64,000 bases of DNA from Blastocladiella emersonii ATCC 22665. Taxonomy: Eukaryota; Fungi; Blastocladiomycota. This document shows positions 35,247-46,734 of this stretch, piece after piece. Position numbers and translations under genes: made by a program. The stretch's first letter is position 1. Each line of letters opens with the position of its first letter. Where the stretch lies: the NCBI GenBank assembly GCA_025594325.1, contig JANHCV010000009.1:186001-250000 (forward strand), in the 5' to 3' direction. Below the pieces are notes generated by a model. That model worked only from the letters and a program-made list of their open reading frames with translations. It made no database searches and was not told the origin of the DNA.

Positions 35247-36518
35247 ATGTCTGGACGCTCCCGCCTACCCGACATCCGGCGCCGCGGTGATCGCCAGCTT
35301 GCCCAATCCAGCGCCACGCCGTCGGTCAAGTGCGACTTGCTCTCCGAGCAGACCCTCCACATCGCCGAGCTTGGCCCGCTCGCCTCGTCCGCCACGACTG
35401 CCGCCTCGGCGCTCGCCCGCATGAAGGCGCCACCGGGTCTGGCCACGACCGCCACCGCTAGCGCGGTCGCGAGTGCGTTTCCTCGCCAACACGCTTCGTG
35501 CGCGATCACGGGGCCGGGTAAGCAGCAGCTCCTTGAGAGCTCATCGAGCCGTTGCCGCGGTCGCGCTCGTGCCGCAGTACCCGTCGCTGCCTGCGGCCGA
35601 GCTGAGTCTCTGCTCATGCTGCGGACGTCCAAGCTGCGGCACCTAAACTCGCCCGACTTCCTCGAGACCTTCATGCGCATCATGGGCGACCGCCCGAGCC
35701 CCGCATCCCGCTCGCGCACCTTCAACACCCAGTGGGTCCCGGAGCGCGCGCTCGCCCACGGCGCCAACCTCTGCGTCGAGGCGTACGTGCAGGCGCGCAG
35801 TCGCCGACGGGAGCCCGGGACCCGACAGCGCGCGCCGCGGCTAGGAGCTGCTCGCGTGCCTCGTCTCGTGCTTCCCGTCGTCGCACGCGTTCGAAGCGGG
35901 CCTGCGCGAGTTTGCGGTCGGCACGGCGGCGCTCTTCGACGTGGACGCTAAGCACGACGCGATCCCCGTGGTCGCGCTACGTCCTGCGCCGGCTCGACCG
36001 CACGCACACCAGCGGGCTGCACAGCACCCCCGCCGCCGCTGCCCGAGATCAAGCTCATGATCGACCCGCCCTTCTCGCCGTCCGTGTTCGGCGACACGCT
36101 CGACGAGATCATGCGCCGCTAGCGCCTCGGGCACCCGGCGTTCGAGTACCCGCGCGCCCTCGTGTTCCTGTGCCAGGCAGCGCTCGAGCTCGGCGGCGTC
36201 GCCGTCCTCCGCGTCCCCGGCGACGCCGATGCCGTCACGGAGCTTCGCCTCCACATCGACCACAACCGGTGCGACGCCACGGGAATCGCGGACCCGAGCG
36301 TGCCCACGGGCCTGCTCAAGTCCTGGCTGTGCGAGCTCGCAGACCCGCTCGTCCCGATGGGCGCGTACTACGCGTGTCTTGAGATCGGCAAGGTGGGCGA
36401 GGTGGTGGGCGCGGTCGCGATCCTCGACACGCTGCCCGACGCCGACCGGCGCGTCGCGCGGTACCTACTCTCCGAGGAGGCGGACGGGATCGACGTGTGC
36501 GAGGTGCTGTGGAGCTGA
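35247..36518 (+). pseudogene. MyTH4-RhoGAP (ARHGAP39-like) relic
   Basis: MRIMGDRP...EAYVQ is MyTH4-like. SVFGDTLDEIMRR*...LRVPGD...DPSVPTGLLKSWLCELADPLVP is RhoGAP. TAG at ~36120; domains are truncated. Confidence 0.7.
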
Positions 36519-38766
36519 GCGAGCTGGGCATGAGAGCGGGCGCTGGTGTAGGTCCAGGTACTGGGCTTTGAAGCAATAGAAGCCGTTATAGGAGAAATTG
36601 GTGAAGGACCGTTTGTCGAAGGGAAGGCCGGCGAGGATGGCTGACGGCCGCAGCGACGTGAGCCACGCGTGCGACGTGCCCGAGGTCACCCGCGTCGGTT
36701 ATCGCTCTCCACCCACACCAACGCAACTTCACCACTCCCATGAATCACACTCGTAGCTTCATGCAATCGACTACCCGCGACCCCGACGAGGCCCTGACGT
36801 CCGGGGCACCGGTGCATCGTCGTGCAGCTCGACGTGATCAGCGTCGCGATCACAGCTCCTCCCACGCCAGATGGATCGCTCGCGACGTTCGCGACGCTTG
36901 CGCGCGGCATGGGCGAGGCGCAGCAACTTCATGCGCAAGCGATCTCGATGTGTAAGAAGGCGCAGGAGGGCGGGCTCGAGGTCGGTGATGGGCGTGAGGC
37001 GACCATGCTGGCCGCGCGCGTCTCCGCCCTCACTGCTACCGGCGCTCGCCGTTTCGGCCGCCTCGGCAGCCTCGATTGACACGCGAGAGAGTCCGATGTG
37101 CAGTGAGACGATGAAGGGCGGTCTGTACAGCGAGGTCGGTCACCTTGCGCCCCGGCCGCGCGGCCCGCGCGTCACTACCCTCACGGTTACTACCGCTCGC
37201 CGCGTCGCCCGCCTCGACTGACCTGAGCTCTCGAAACCCGTCTCTACCGAAATTAGTGCTGGATGCGATAAGTCGGACAGCGCGTCGTCTTGCGCTCAAG
37301 GCTGGACGGGGTGCGTCGCGCGACCGGTCTTCTCCCGCGGGACACCGCGCTTACCGCTCGCGCTCCGTGTAGCACGACTCGTTGCTGGTGGTGGGGAAGG
37401 CGTTCAAGAGCGGCTGCGCCACGGGGGCGGTCGGTTCTCCTGACGTGGGCTCCCACGCGTCGACGCGCGCGCACGCGTTGCTCGGGCAGCGTGGGGTCGG
37501 CGGCGGCGCCACATCACGCGGTATGACCGACGCGCTCCTCCCGCTACCCTCGACGCACGCACTGACCCGATCCGCCCGCTCCCATGTATCTTCCTCGTCA
37601 GAACTTGCTGAAACTATGCCAGATCGGTGTTTTCGAGGGCCTCGTCGCGCGCTTCCCTCCCTCTACTGCCCCACTCGTACCTCGTACCGGATCGCCCCCT
37701 CCCTCGTACCTCATGGTGCCGCATCGCGTCTCCCGCTGCACGCGCTCCCGAATGCTCCTCGCCCTTGCCGAGACCATCCTCCCGATCGCCGCACGGGGGT
37801 TCTTGGACCCTCCTCCGCTGGCTCCCGCGCTCCCTCCCTCGCTCATACACTCGCGCACGTGCACGCTTCCCCGCCGCCAACCTGCCGCTCGAAGGGGAAG
37901 TATTTGAGGTGGTATCCGACCTGACCTGACCTGTTGCGAGAGAGCGGCTTCTCCGTCGGTGACCTTGCCTCCGCGCTCAGCTCGACTGGTGGCCGCGCGA
38001 TCGACGGCGTGCGCGGATTGGGCCTCTTTTTCGCTCGCCGATGTCGTCAGAGATGACGGCATGAAGCACCGCTGAAATGAAGATTAACCCGCTGGAGGAA
38101 GCTCTGCGCGGGCGCCAGCGATCTCGCTGATCTCGGGGCGAGGTGGCCGATCAGCGCGCGCCGTTGCAGCAGCTACGCGTCGCGCGGCGATGCCGAGGTG
38201 CGAGACATCACGTTTCCGGCTCAGCCTCCTGCATCACCCGCTTTCGTTTCGGCCGAGCCGTGAAAGCGAGGGTCAGCTTAGGTCAGGTGCGCGGCGCTCG
38301 ACTGAACATCGCGCTCGTTCGCCGGTCAGTCAGTCGTCGTGACCGGCCGTGAATCCTCGACTTCACCTCGCTCACTAGCCCCCTACACACTGCCCGCAGT
38401 ACAAAATGACTGCCCGCAACCCCGACAACCCCGCTCTCCCCTGCTCCTCATCCGCCAGCCTTTTGCACCCTCGTTAACACGACCCGCATCGACTCGACGG
38501 AGACCCCGGCGCAACGTTCTTCAAGGATTTTGCACCACCCCACTCGCCTGCATCCAGCGCACCCGGCTCTGCCCACCTGCTCCCGTTCAAGCTCGCCTTC
38601 GCCGTCGACGAACCACCTCGTCGTCATCGTCTTGACGCTCGTCCACGGCTCGACTTCTACGGCCCAGCACCCTCGGCACTGCCTCCTCCGCGCTTCCTGC
38701 ACGCACACCCGACCGACCAGCCTCGCCCCAGGCCAGTCCGTCGCCTTCGCTCCTGCCTCCCTCTCG

Positions 38767-38992
38767 CATGGTTACGGTACGCGCTGCGCGCTCGAATGGA
38801 CGGGCGGCGACCACTCACAGCGACCGACCCTCGACGTCCCCGTGTAGTCGTCGTTTCGACCAACCGCGCGTCTTCCCCCACGGTTACGGTACGCGTTTTG
38901 CGCTCGAAGAGACGAGCGGCAACCACTCACGACGTCCAGCTCTCGGCCTCCTTGTGTAGTCGTCGTTTCGACCAACCGCGCAACGTCTTCAC
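38767..38992 (+). repeat. ~112-bp imperfect tandem duplication immediately upstream of ATG 38994
   Basis: GGTTACGGTACGCG...TGTAGTCGTCGTTTCGACCAACCGCGC occurs twice. Confidence 0.9.
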
Positions 38993-38993
38993 C

Positions 38994-40707
38994 ATGGCCG
39001 TCCACGGTCAAGACCCCGTCCCGGCCTGGTTCACCCGCGACGCTCACCTCTTCCTCTCCGGGCATGTTCTCGAGATGCGCGACTGGTTCGAGATGAATCG
39101 CGTCATGGGCATGCCCGAGATCCAGTACGTCCCCGTCGGCCAACCGGCCACGGGCATCATTGCCGTCGAGACGCCCGAGCTCGAGGCCACACCGCTCGTG
39201 GCCGCTCCCGAGGCCACGTCGCTCGTGTCGGCAATCGAACCCGCGCCGCTCGTGCCCGCGCTCGCGATCGCGCCGCTCGTGTCGGCAATCGAGGCCGCGC
39301 CGCTCGTGTCGGCGCCCGACCGCGTCGCTCATTTCGGCGGCCTCGATCGACTCGGTGTCGGCCCTCGCCGCGACCGAGACCACCCCCACCTCCACCACCC
39401 CCGCTGCCGCCGACCTTGCTCCCGCTTTCTCTCACGAGGATGCGGTCGAGCACCTGGCGGCCGACCTCGCCGTCGCCGACTCGGGCTCGCAGGAGCACCT
39501 CGTGCCCGCGCCCTCGGCGGCCGCAACCTCGACCTCCAGGCCGCTGTCGTCGTTCTTCAACAAGTTCGCCGGCCAGGTCGTCGACGCGCTCGCGGCGCCC
39601 TTCAAGTGCCTCCGCGCCTCGGCGTCGCTGCTCAGCCTGTCTGGGGTACGTCCTCTCGACTCAATGGTTTTTCTCATGGTCCGCCATGCTAACGCACCCT
39701 CCTGTCGCATCGCCCAGACCCCCGTCGCTCCGCTCACGGTCCCCGAGCAGCAGCTGCACCTCGAGATCGACACCGCCGCTGTTAAGATCTCGACCTCCAT
39801 CACCTCGGCCTCGGCCGTCAAGCCGGCCAAGCCGCTCAAGGCGCCCAAGGACTCGAAGCTGCGTCGCGCCGCTCGCTTCGCCTTCAACAAGGTCGCGGGC
39901 ATCGTCACGCGCGCCGACGGTCTCGACCAGGGTGACGCGTCAACGGGCGCCCAGGCCGCCCGCGTCGTGCTCGAGGTCCCGTCGCGCGACCTCGCCAAGG
40001 CGCTGACCGCGCCCGCCGTGCCCGAGCTCGTCAAGACCGTCGACAACGTCCGCGCGGCCGCCCGCGGCGTCGGGTCGGCTGACTCCGAGGTGCTCGGGTC
40101 CGCCGTGGCCAAGGCCCTCGGGGAAAACAACAACATCACGGTACACAACGGGATTTACGACTTTGTCAAGATGTCGGTCAAGGGCGCCGCGTCGCTGGAC
40201 GATGCGGTCGTCCAGAAGTGGATCCGGGTGGCCGAGGTACTTCGCTCTCGCCTCAAGTCGCCCGCATCGAGAGCCCGCCCACTCACACACTCAACACGCG
40301 CGCGATACCAGCACTGCCTCCGGTCGAACTCGGATTTTTCGACGCTCAACGCGATCAGCCTCGCGCTCGAGTTCATCGACGCCGACAAGGCGTTCACGAT
40401 GGCGCCGCACGAGCGCCGCGCGCTGAAGCGCATCTTCGCGCTCAACAACGTGTGCGACAAGACCAAGGGCATCAAGATGCTCATGGAGAACAAGATGGTG
40501 GCCGCGTCGTCGGCCGAGTGCGCGCCCCGCATGGTGCCGCTCGTCGCGCCCGTGCTGGCGACGCTGTGCACGGCCGAGGTGTCGACCGCCGAGGGGTCGT
40601 ACGCCAAGAAGGTGGCCGAGGCGGTTGACTTCTTCGACCGCGTCGAGATGCCCGTGATCGCGCCCGCCCCGGAAGACGTGTTCGCGGCCGTGGCGGCGCT
40701 GATCTGA
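38994..40707 (+). CDS. Ala/Pro-rich protein with divergent RasGEF (CDC25)-like C-terminus; one +1 C frameshift at 39315-17
   Basis: HNGIYDFVKMSV...VQKWIRVAE-HCL..SDFSTLNAISLAL resembles the RasGEF core. Introns 39646..39717 and 40237..40311. Confidence 0.55.
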
Positions 40708-41743
40708 GGCAGGGAGAGAGGGATGGAGGGAGCGCGGGTGTGCGCTCCGAGTCGAGTGTGTTTCGGTTGTGTAAGTGTATGTATCGTTCGAGCCTAGTGT
40801 ATATGACATCTGTTTTGCTCTCAACTCGCCACTCTCGGCCGTTTTCCACGATCGGGACGCAGCTCGCGTCTCTTGGTCGCCTCTCACGCGTGTGAGGACG
40901 CGTCGCGAAAAGGCGTGACCGGCGCTCGCGGATGAAACGCGAGCCGCGAGACAAACTTTCCCTCCCGGCCACTTTGCGCACACGCCTCCCCTTCCCACGG
41001 GTCCCTGCCGACGCGGATGCAAGCAAATGGAAAGCAACTGGATGCAACGCGCAGCGCGCCGCAGCCGCCACGCATAGCTTCGCGAAAGTGGGGCTGCCCT
41101 CATGTCGGCGTCCCGGCGCCTCGCGGCTCGAGCGACTGGATCTAGCGCAGCGGCTATCGCTGGCGTCGAGATCGCGCCGCGTGCCCCTGCCGACGCATCG
41201 GGAAGGTGGCGTCTAGCTCCATACGCCAGCTGGCGCACGGAGCTAGGCGCCGCGCCGACCAGCGAGGGAGCCAACCTGCTCCGTGGTCGCGATCGGAGTC
41301 GCGGCGCTGCCGCACCGAAACCGGAGCTGCTGGCTATTTAGATCCTTCCGCGGCGCATCCCCTCTATCGTCGCGACGGTGACGGGTCCCTCCATCGATCG
41401 GCAAGGGAGGGAAGCTGCGTACCGCGGCCGAGCGCCGTGCCGCGGAAGTGAATCCACGCGCTTGCTTCGCGTCGCGCTCCGCGTCCTTCTCGCCGCCTTC
41501 CTCGCTGGATCTCGAGCTGCACGACCGCCGCTGCTCCCTGCTCGCCGTCTCCGCCCTCACCGTCCCCGCTCATGACCCGGCCCGCCCATAAATACCGGCC
41601 GCCGCCCCGCATCCCTTCCTCTCGATTCGACAGCGAGCACCTCCCAGTCCCCTCTCCCTCCCTTGCACCCTTGCACACCTCCGCCTGCGCCTTCGGTCGC
41701 ACAGCCTCCTCTCCCCTCCTCACCACCCACCCCCTCCTTCACC

Positions 41744-42232
41744 ATGTCCGGCTACGGCTACGGCGGCGACTAGTACGGCTCCTACGACTCCGGGTACTAC
41801 GGTGACGACTCGGGCTCCTACGACTCCGGGTACTACGGCGACGACTCGGGTTCCTACGACTCCGGGTACTACGGCTATGATTCCGGCTACGGCTCCTACG
41901 AATCGGGCTACTACGGCGACGATTCGTACGGCTCCTACGATTCCGGGTACTACGGCGACGATTCGTACGGCGGCTCCTACGACTCCGGGTACTACGGCGA
42001 CGATTCCGGCTACGGCGGCTACGATTCCGGCTCGTACGACTCCGGGTACTATGGCGACGAGTCGGGCTCGTACGACTCGGGTTATTACGGCTATGATTCC
42101 GGCTATGGCTCCTACGACTCGGGCTACTACGGCGACGACTCGTACGGCGGCGGCTACGATTCCGGGTACTACGGCGGCGACTCGGGCTACGGCGGCTACG
42201 ACTCGGGCTACTACGGCGACGGCTGCAGCTAA
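41744..42232 (+). CDS. Gly/Tyr/Asp/Ser repeat protein (SYDSGYYGDD)n with in-frame TAG at codon 10 (gene or recent pseudogene)
   Basis: CACCATG start, TATA-like CATAAATA at 41587, AATAAA at 42364. Repeat units differ mostly at synonymous positions. Confidence 0.7.
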
Positions 42233-42714
42233 GCCGCTCGCGACCGTCCGGCCGCCCTCGTCGCTCTACTTCCTCCTGTCGTTCCTTTGTCAATTTTCCC
42301 TCCCGCCTCGCTGCTCTCTCGCTCTCCCGCCCTCGCTCCTGTCGCCTATCGCCGCGTGTCGGTAATAAAGCTGCGGTTGAGCCTTCTTCATCTATGCGTT
42401 CTCTCGCTCGCGAGTGTTGGAGTTGATCGCTGAAGAAGCAGTTGCGCGTCGCGGACTTCGGCCTGGACTTCGGCCATGATCACGCCTTGGGCTCGCCCAT
42501 CATCAAGCTCGTGTTCTGGCCGCGCTTTCGGCCGTTGCCGCAAGCCAGTGTTGACCTGAAAGCCTCTGAGTAAGTCGCTCCGAGACCAGTTCGCGGTCGT
42601 TGACGAAGTCGCGCGCCGTTCATCCCCACGTGCGCGTCGCCAGCTGAACCCGATCCCAAAAGACGCCGCTCAACGAATAATACATCATACTGTCGCGTCT
42701 GCACACGACTCGAC

Positions 42715-44209
42715 CTAGTTGCTCTTGACCTCGCTCCGCGCCTTCCAGTGGTGCAGCGCGCGCACGCTGATGTTGAAGACGGGGTCGATCTCGCCGAGGC
42801 GCTGGATCGGGTCCTCGTCGGCGGCGGCGGGCGTCGCGTCGGGACTCGGCGACGCCGTCGTGGCGCTCGAGTCCGTTGTCGTCGCCGCGGCTTGCTGTTG
42901 CACCGGTGCGGGTCCGTTGGCGGCGGCGGTGGCGGACACGGAATCGTCAAAGGCGACCTCGGGCGCGTCCACGTCCTGCATCGGGTGGAGGGCGAGCGCC
43001 GCGAGCGCCATGTACGTGTGAAGAAGGTCTACACACCCCGCGCGCGTGAGTCAGTCCCACCGCGACCCACACCATCGCCCACGCTCTTGCGTACCAGGGA
43101 ACCCGTCGCCAGACTTGGTAAACCCGCCCATCTTGCTCTGCATGGTGCACAGGAACAGCTCGGACTTCTCGACGTCGATGAGGTGGAGCGCGCCGAGGAT
43201 CTTGAGCGCGGCGCCGATCCAGAACGAGTAGCACGAGTCGCTGACCTTACCAATGCGGCCGGCGAACCCGAGCTCCTGCTGGAACACGGCCCACTGGACG
43301 AGCCGGTCGCGGCGCGCGGGGGTGAGGGTGTCGAGCGCGCCGAGACACGCGAGCGACGCTACCGCGCAGTACGTGTACCCGCCGTGGCCCTCGGCGGTCG
43401 CGTGCAGCGCGAAGGCGCCGTCGTACGACTAGATGCGCTGGTCGGGTAAGCGCATCCCTAAACACCGCGCGGCAGCGCGCGTACCTGGGTCGAAAGGATA
43501 AACTCGACCGTCTTCTTCTGCATCTCGGGGGCGGCGGCGAGGTGGAGCAGGCGCGACACGACCACGGCGCAGTAGACGAAGCGCAGGTCCGACGCGTCGG
43601 GCGGGTGCGACAGCATCTGGCGGAACCCGCCGGCGGGCGTGTGCAGGGCGGCGAGGAAGTGGACCATGGCGTCGCGGTCGACGCGCGACAGGTCGTCGCC
43701 CAGGACCAGAAGGCAGATCAGCGCGCTGTACGTCGACGCGAGGTCGGCTTCGGGGAGCTACACGGCGGCGCGCGCGGGTGTGTGAGCGGGTAAAGCTGAC
43801 TGGAACGGATGGTGTGCGTACGCCAGTGGATCCAACGAAACCGCCTAGAACACAGAGGGGGCGTAAGCGATACACGCGTGGCACACGACAGCGGAGACGC
43901 AGCAGGTACCGTGCGGGTGCTGCAGCGAGTAGACAAACTCGACGAGGCGCGAGCGCTCGGTCGCGTCCACCTCCTCGTCGAGCACGCCCAGCAGGTCGAA
44001 CGACGAGAGGATGAACTGGATACAGCTCAGGCTACGCGTGTGGTTCGACGGCGGTTAGGCCTTGGAGGATCGCAACGCCGCGGGTGGTAGTCTCATGCTT
44101 ACCGCGAGTTGTGCTGCGACGCGTAGGGCGCCGGCAGCGCCATGGCGTGGCGCTCGAGGAATTTGCGCAGCGGCTCGACCTGGAAGCGTTGCGACGGCTG
44201 ATGGACCAT
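42715..44209 (-). CDS. CDC43: Geranylgeranyltransferase type I beta subunit (multi-exon)
   Basis: Motifs SDLRFVYCA, EGHGGYTYCAVASL, GRIGKVSDSCYSFWIGAAL and HTYMALAAL. Confidence 0.8.
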
Positions 44210-44381
44210 GGTAGTGCTTCGTGGGAGTGTGGCGGGTGGAGTGCGAGCGAGCGGCGTGGCGACGCGTCTCAAGAGAGGCGCGTTGAACTTCTCGCGGTCC
44301 CACCTCTTTGGACTCTCTCGGAACGGGCAGGTTAGGTTACTCGGTGTATTGGGCTCAGATAAACTGTAGACTCGGCGGCGC

Positions 44382-45017
44382 TCATTCCAACCGCGCGCGC
44401 TTAGCATCAGACGCGGCGGTCTCGTTGCCGCGTGTCCGCTCGTCATCGTCCTCCTCCTCCTCGGCCTCGTCGTCTCCTTCGGGCGCCCGCGCGCGCTTGA
44501 GCGGTGCCGCGGCACTCGCACCAGCAGCAGCCGCCGCGGTCGACCGTTTCGCGCTCTCGTTGAGCGCCGCGTGGTCGACGTCGAGGTCCTTGGCGGTCGC
44601 CTTGGACACGGTCCGGGCAAACTCGATCATCTACACACGCAGTATTCGATCAGTCCAGTGCACTGCGGGAGAGCGAGTGTCCAACGCACCATGGCCTTGC
44701 CAAAGAAGGTCTTGCCCGCGGCATCGCGGTGCGCGGCGGCGGCGGACGCGTGGTCCTGGAACACGACGAATGCCTGGCCGCGCATGCCCTTGGCCTTGAG
44801 CGCGACCACGTCGAGGACCTGGCCGTACGCGCTGAAGTACGAGTAGAGCGACTTGCGGAGCTCTGTGTGTTCGCGGGTTGGGTGCGGGTGAGGGACTGCG
44901 CGGCGGCGGCGGGAAGACGGCCAACGGGCCGGGTTACAGCGGAGCCGTACCCTGCTTGTTGAGCTTGCCGTCCAGGTTCTTGATGTACAGGGTGTTGATT
45001 GATGGGGATCCGGCCAT
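44382..45017 (-). CDS. U1A/U2B''-family RRM spliceosomal protein (3 exons)
   Basis: NTLYIKNL...ELRKSLYSYFSAYGQVLDVVALKAKGMRGQAFVVF. Confidence 0.9.
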
Positions 45018-45366
45018 GGTTGCGTTGCGGTGCGGGGTGTTGGAGCGGGCAGGTCGGTCGGGTCGCGAAGAACAGCGCGGCGAGGTCGTTGCAGTAAATG
45101 GCTCGCTCACGGCGTAATGAGATGCATGCGAAGCTTCGTGGGTTGCGGGAGAGCGAGGAGGGGACGCGAGAGCAGCGACGAAGCCGAGCACACGAAAAGG
45201 CGGCCGATCCGCATCAGGTGACGGCGACGCGCGCGAGACAGCCGGTCCGCGTTCGCGATGTCTCCTGCAGGAGACACTTTCCTCCCACACCATGCATCGC
45301 GCGCGGCCCGTCCGCTCTCCCCACTCCATGCAACGCTGAGCGGATCCCTCGCTTTCCCTCTTCACC

Positions 45367-46569
45367 ATGAGCCGCGCATTCAAACTCCTCGTCGACGCGC
45401 CGTACACGCGGTTCCTCGATGGTGCCGCCAAGAAGCTCAAGTACCCGGTGATCTCGAGCGCGGCGGTCGCGGGCTCGTACGTCGCGGCGATGCGGCCGGC
45501 CGATTTCGCGGGCAAGACGGTCATCGACATCAATGCGGGCGTCGGCGCCCTCGCCACCGCGCTCGTCGACCACGCGACACACCGCCCCGCACACATTGTC
45601 GCCATCGACCCGAGCGAACCGCTCGCGCAGTACCTGCGGTCACCCGACTCGCTGCTCGGCCGCGCCGTCGCCACGCACGGCACCCGGCTCACGGTCGGCG
45701 AGCAGGACCACATGAACCTGTCGTTCTTCAACGACCTGCTGTCGCCGAAGTACCTCGGCGCGGGCGAGGGGAAGGTGGAGCCTGACCCGAGCCTCGTCAC
45801 GCCGTGGGACGCGGACGACGCCAAGGTCACGGCGGTCGTGTGCTTGTCGACCAAGCTCGGCGATATGAACACGACGCACCTCCTGCGGTGGATGGGCGAC
45901 CGCGCCGGGATCCATAGCTTTGGACGCGTGCCGCTGTACCTGTTTACGCCGCGCGCGGTGAGCCGAGTACGCGTTTTCTACGCCGTTGGCGTGGATTGCA
46001 CCGAAGCTGACTTTCGTCATCGTAGCGCTTGACGGCACAACCAGGAGATACGCTGCGAGGTCGCGTCGCCGCGCTCACGCAGACGCTGGCCAAGGTCGAG
46101 GTGATCGCCGAGCACCACGAGCGCGACATCTTCCCCTTTGTGCGTTGACTCGCGGTTCGTTTCGCTGATTGCGGCCGACTGACGGGGTGACCGCGCTGTA
46201 GAAGGTAGAAATGGACCTCCTGCGCCTAGAACCGCTCAAGGAGTCTCCCCTCAAGACGGGTACGTCACGCTACACTCCGCACCGACCGCTCCTACTCACA
46301 CACGCGCCTCCCTTCGTGTAGCAACCCTGCTCGAGTACGAGTACGCGCTGCGCACGCTGTTCGTGCACAAGAAGCGGAAGGTCGGGACCGCCCTGCGCGC
46401 GCTCGACCCGACCGACGGCACGCTGGCCAAGAGGATCCCGCGCTCTCTCCGCGACGTACTCATCAACGACTGCTCCAACGAGCAGCTCGCCGCAATCGCC
46501 GACGCCTTCTCCGCGTGGCCGCTCAAGATGGAGTTTCACGCCGACCGCATCTTCACCGTGGCAGACTGA
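45367..46569 (+). CDS. MTF1: Mitochondrial transcription factor Mtf1 / KsgA-Dim1 family (multi-exon)
   Basis: VIDINAGVG motif; GRVPLYLF; LFVHKKRKVGTAL; ends FSAWPLK. Confidence 0.65.
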
Positions 46570-46734
46570 GCTCATACACATTTTTGATTGCTGCGACGAG
46601 TCCCTCTTTGAGCGCTCGCGCGGGAGGATCGAGTCACGACGCGTCGCTCAGTCCTCAAAGCCGCAGCTTCCCTCGCGCTGCACCCTCGCTCTCGCCCCCT
46701 TGCAACGAAACCCCATGCAACCGTAACCGAAACC

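Noticed and set aside
36520-38350. Coding-like fragments (e.g. PFDKRSFTNFSYNGFYCFK)
   Set aside because: Short, with no family recognised.
27480-41773. Several in-frame TAG codons (27480, 27807, ~36120, 41771; also 10837 and 23155) suggesting UAG reassignment or RIP
   Set aside because: Conserved genes here end in TAG (461, 26708). Any transition-made stop necessarily arises from CAR, CGA or TGG, so the context is uninformative.
41773-42061. Intron starting at TA|GTACGG that bypasses the amber codon
   Set aside because: The available AG acceptors give a frameshift or an immediate stop, and the skipped sequence shows coding-type synonymous variation.
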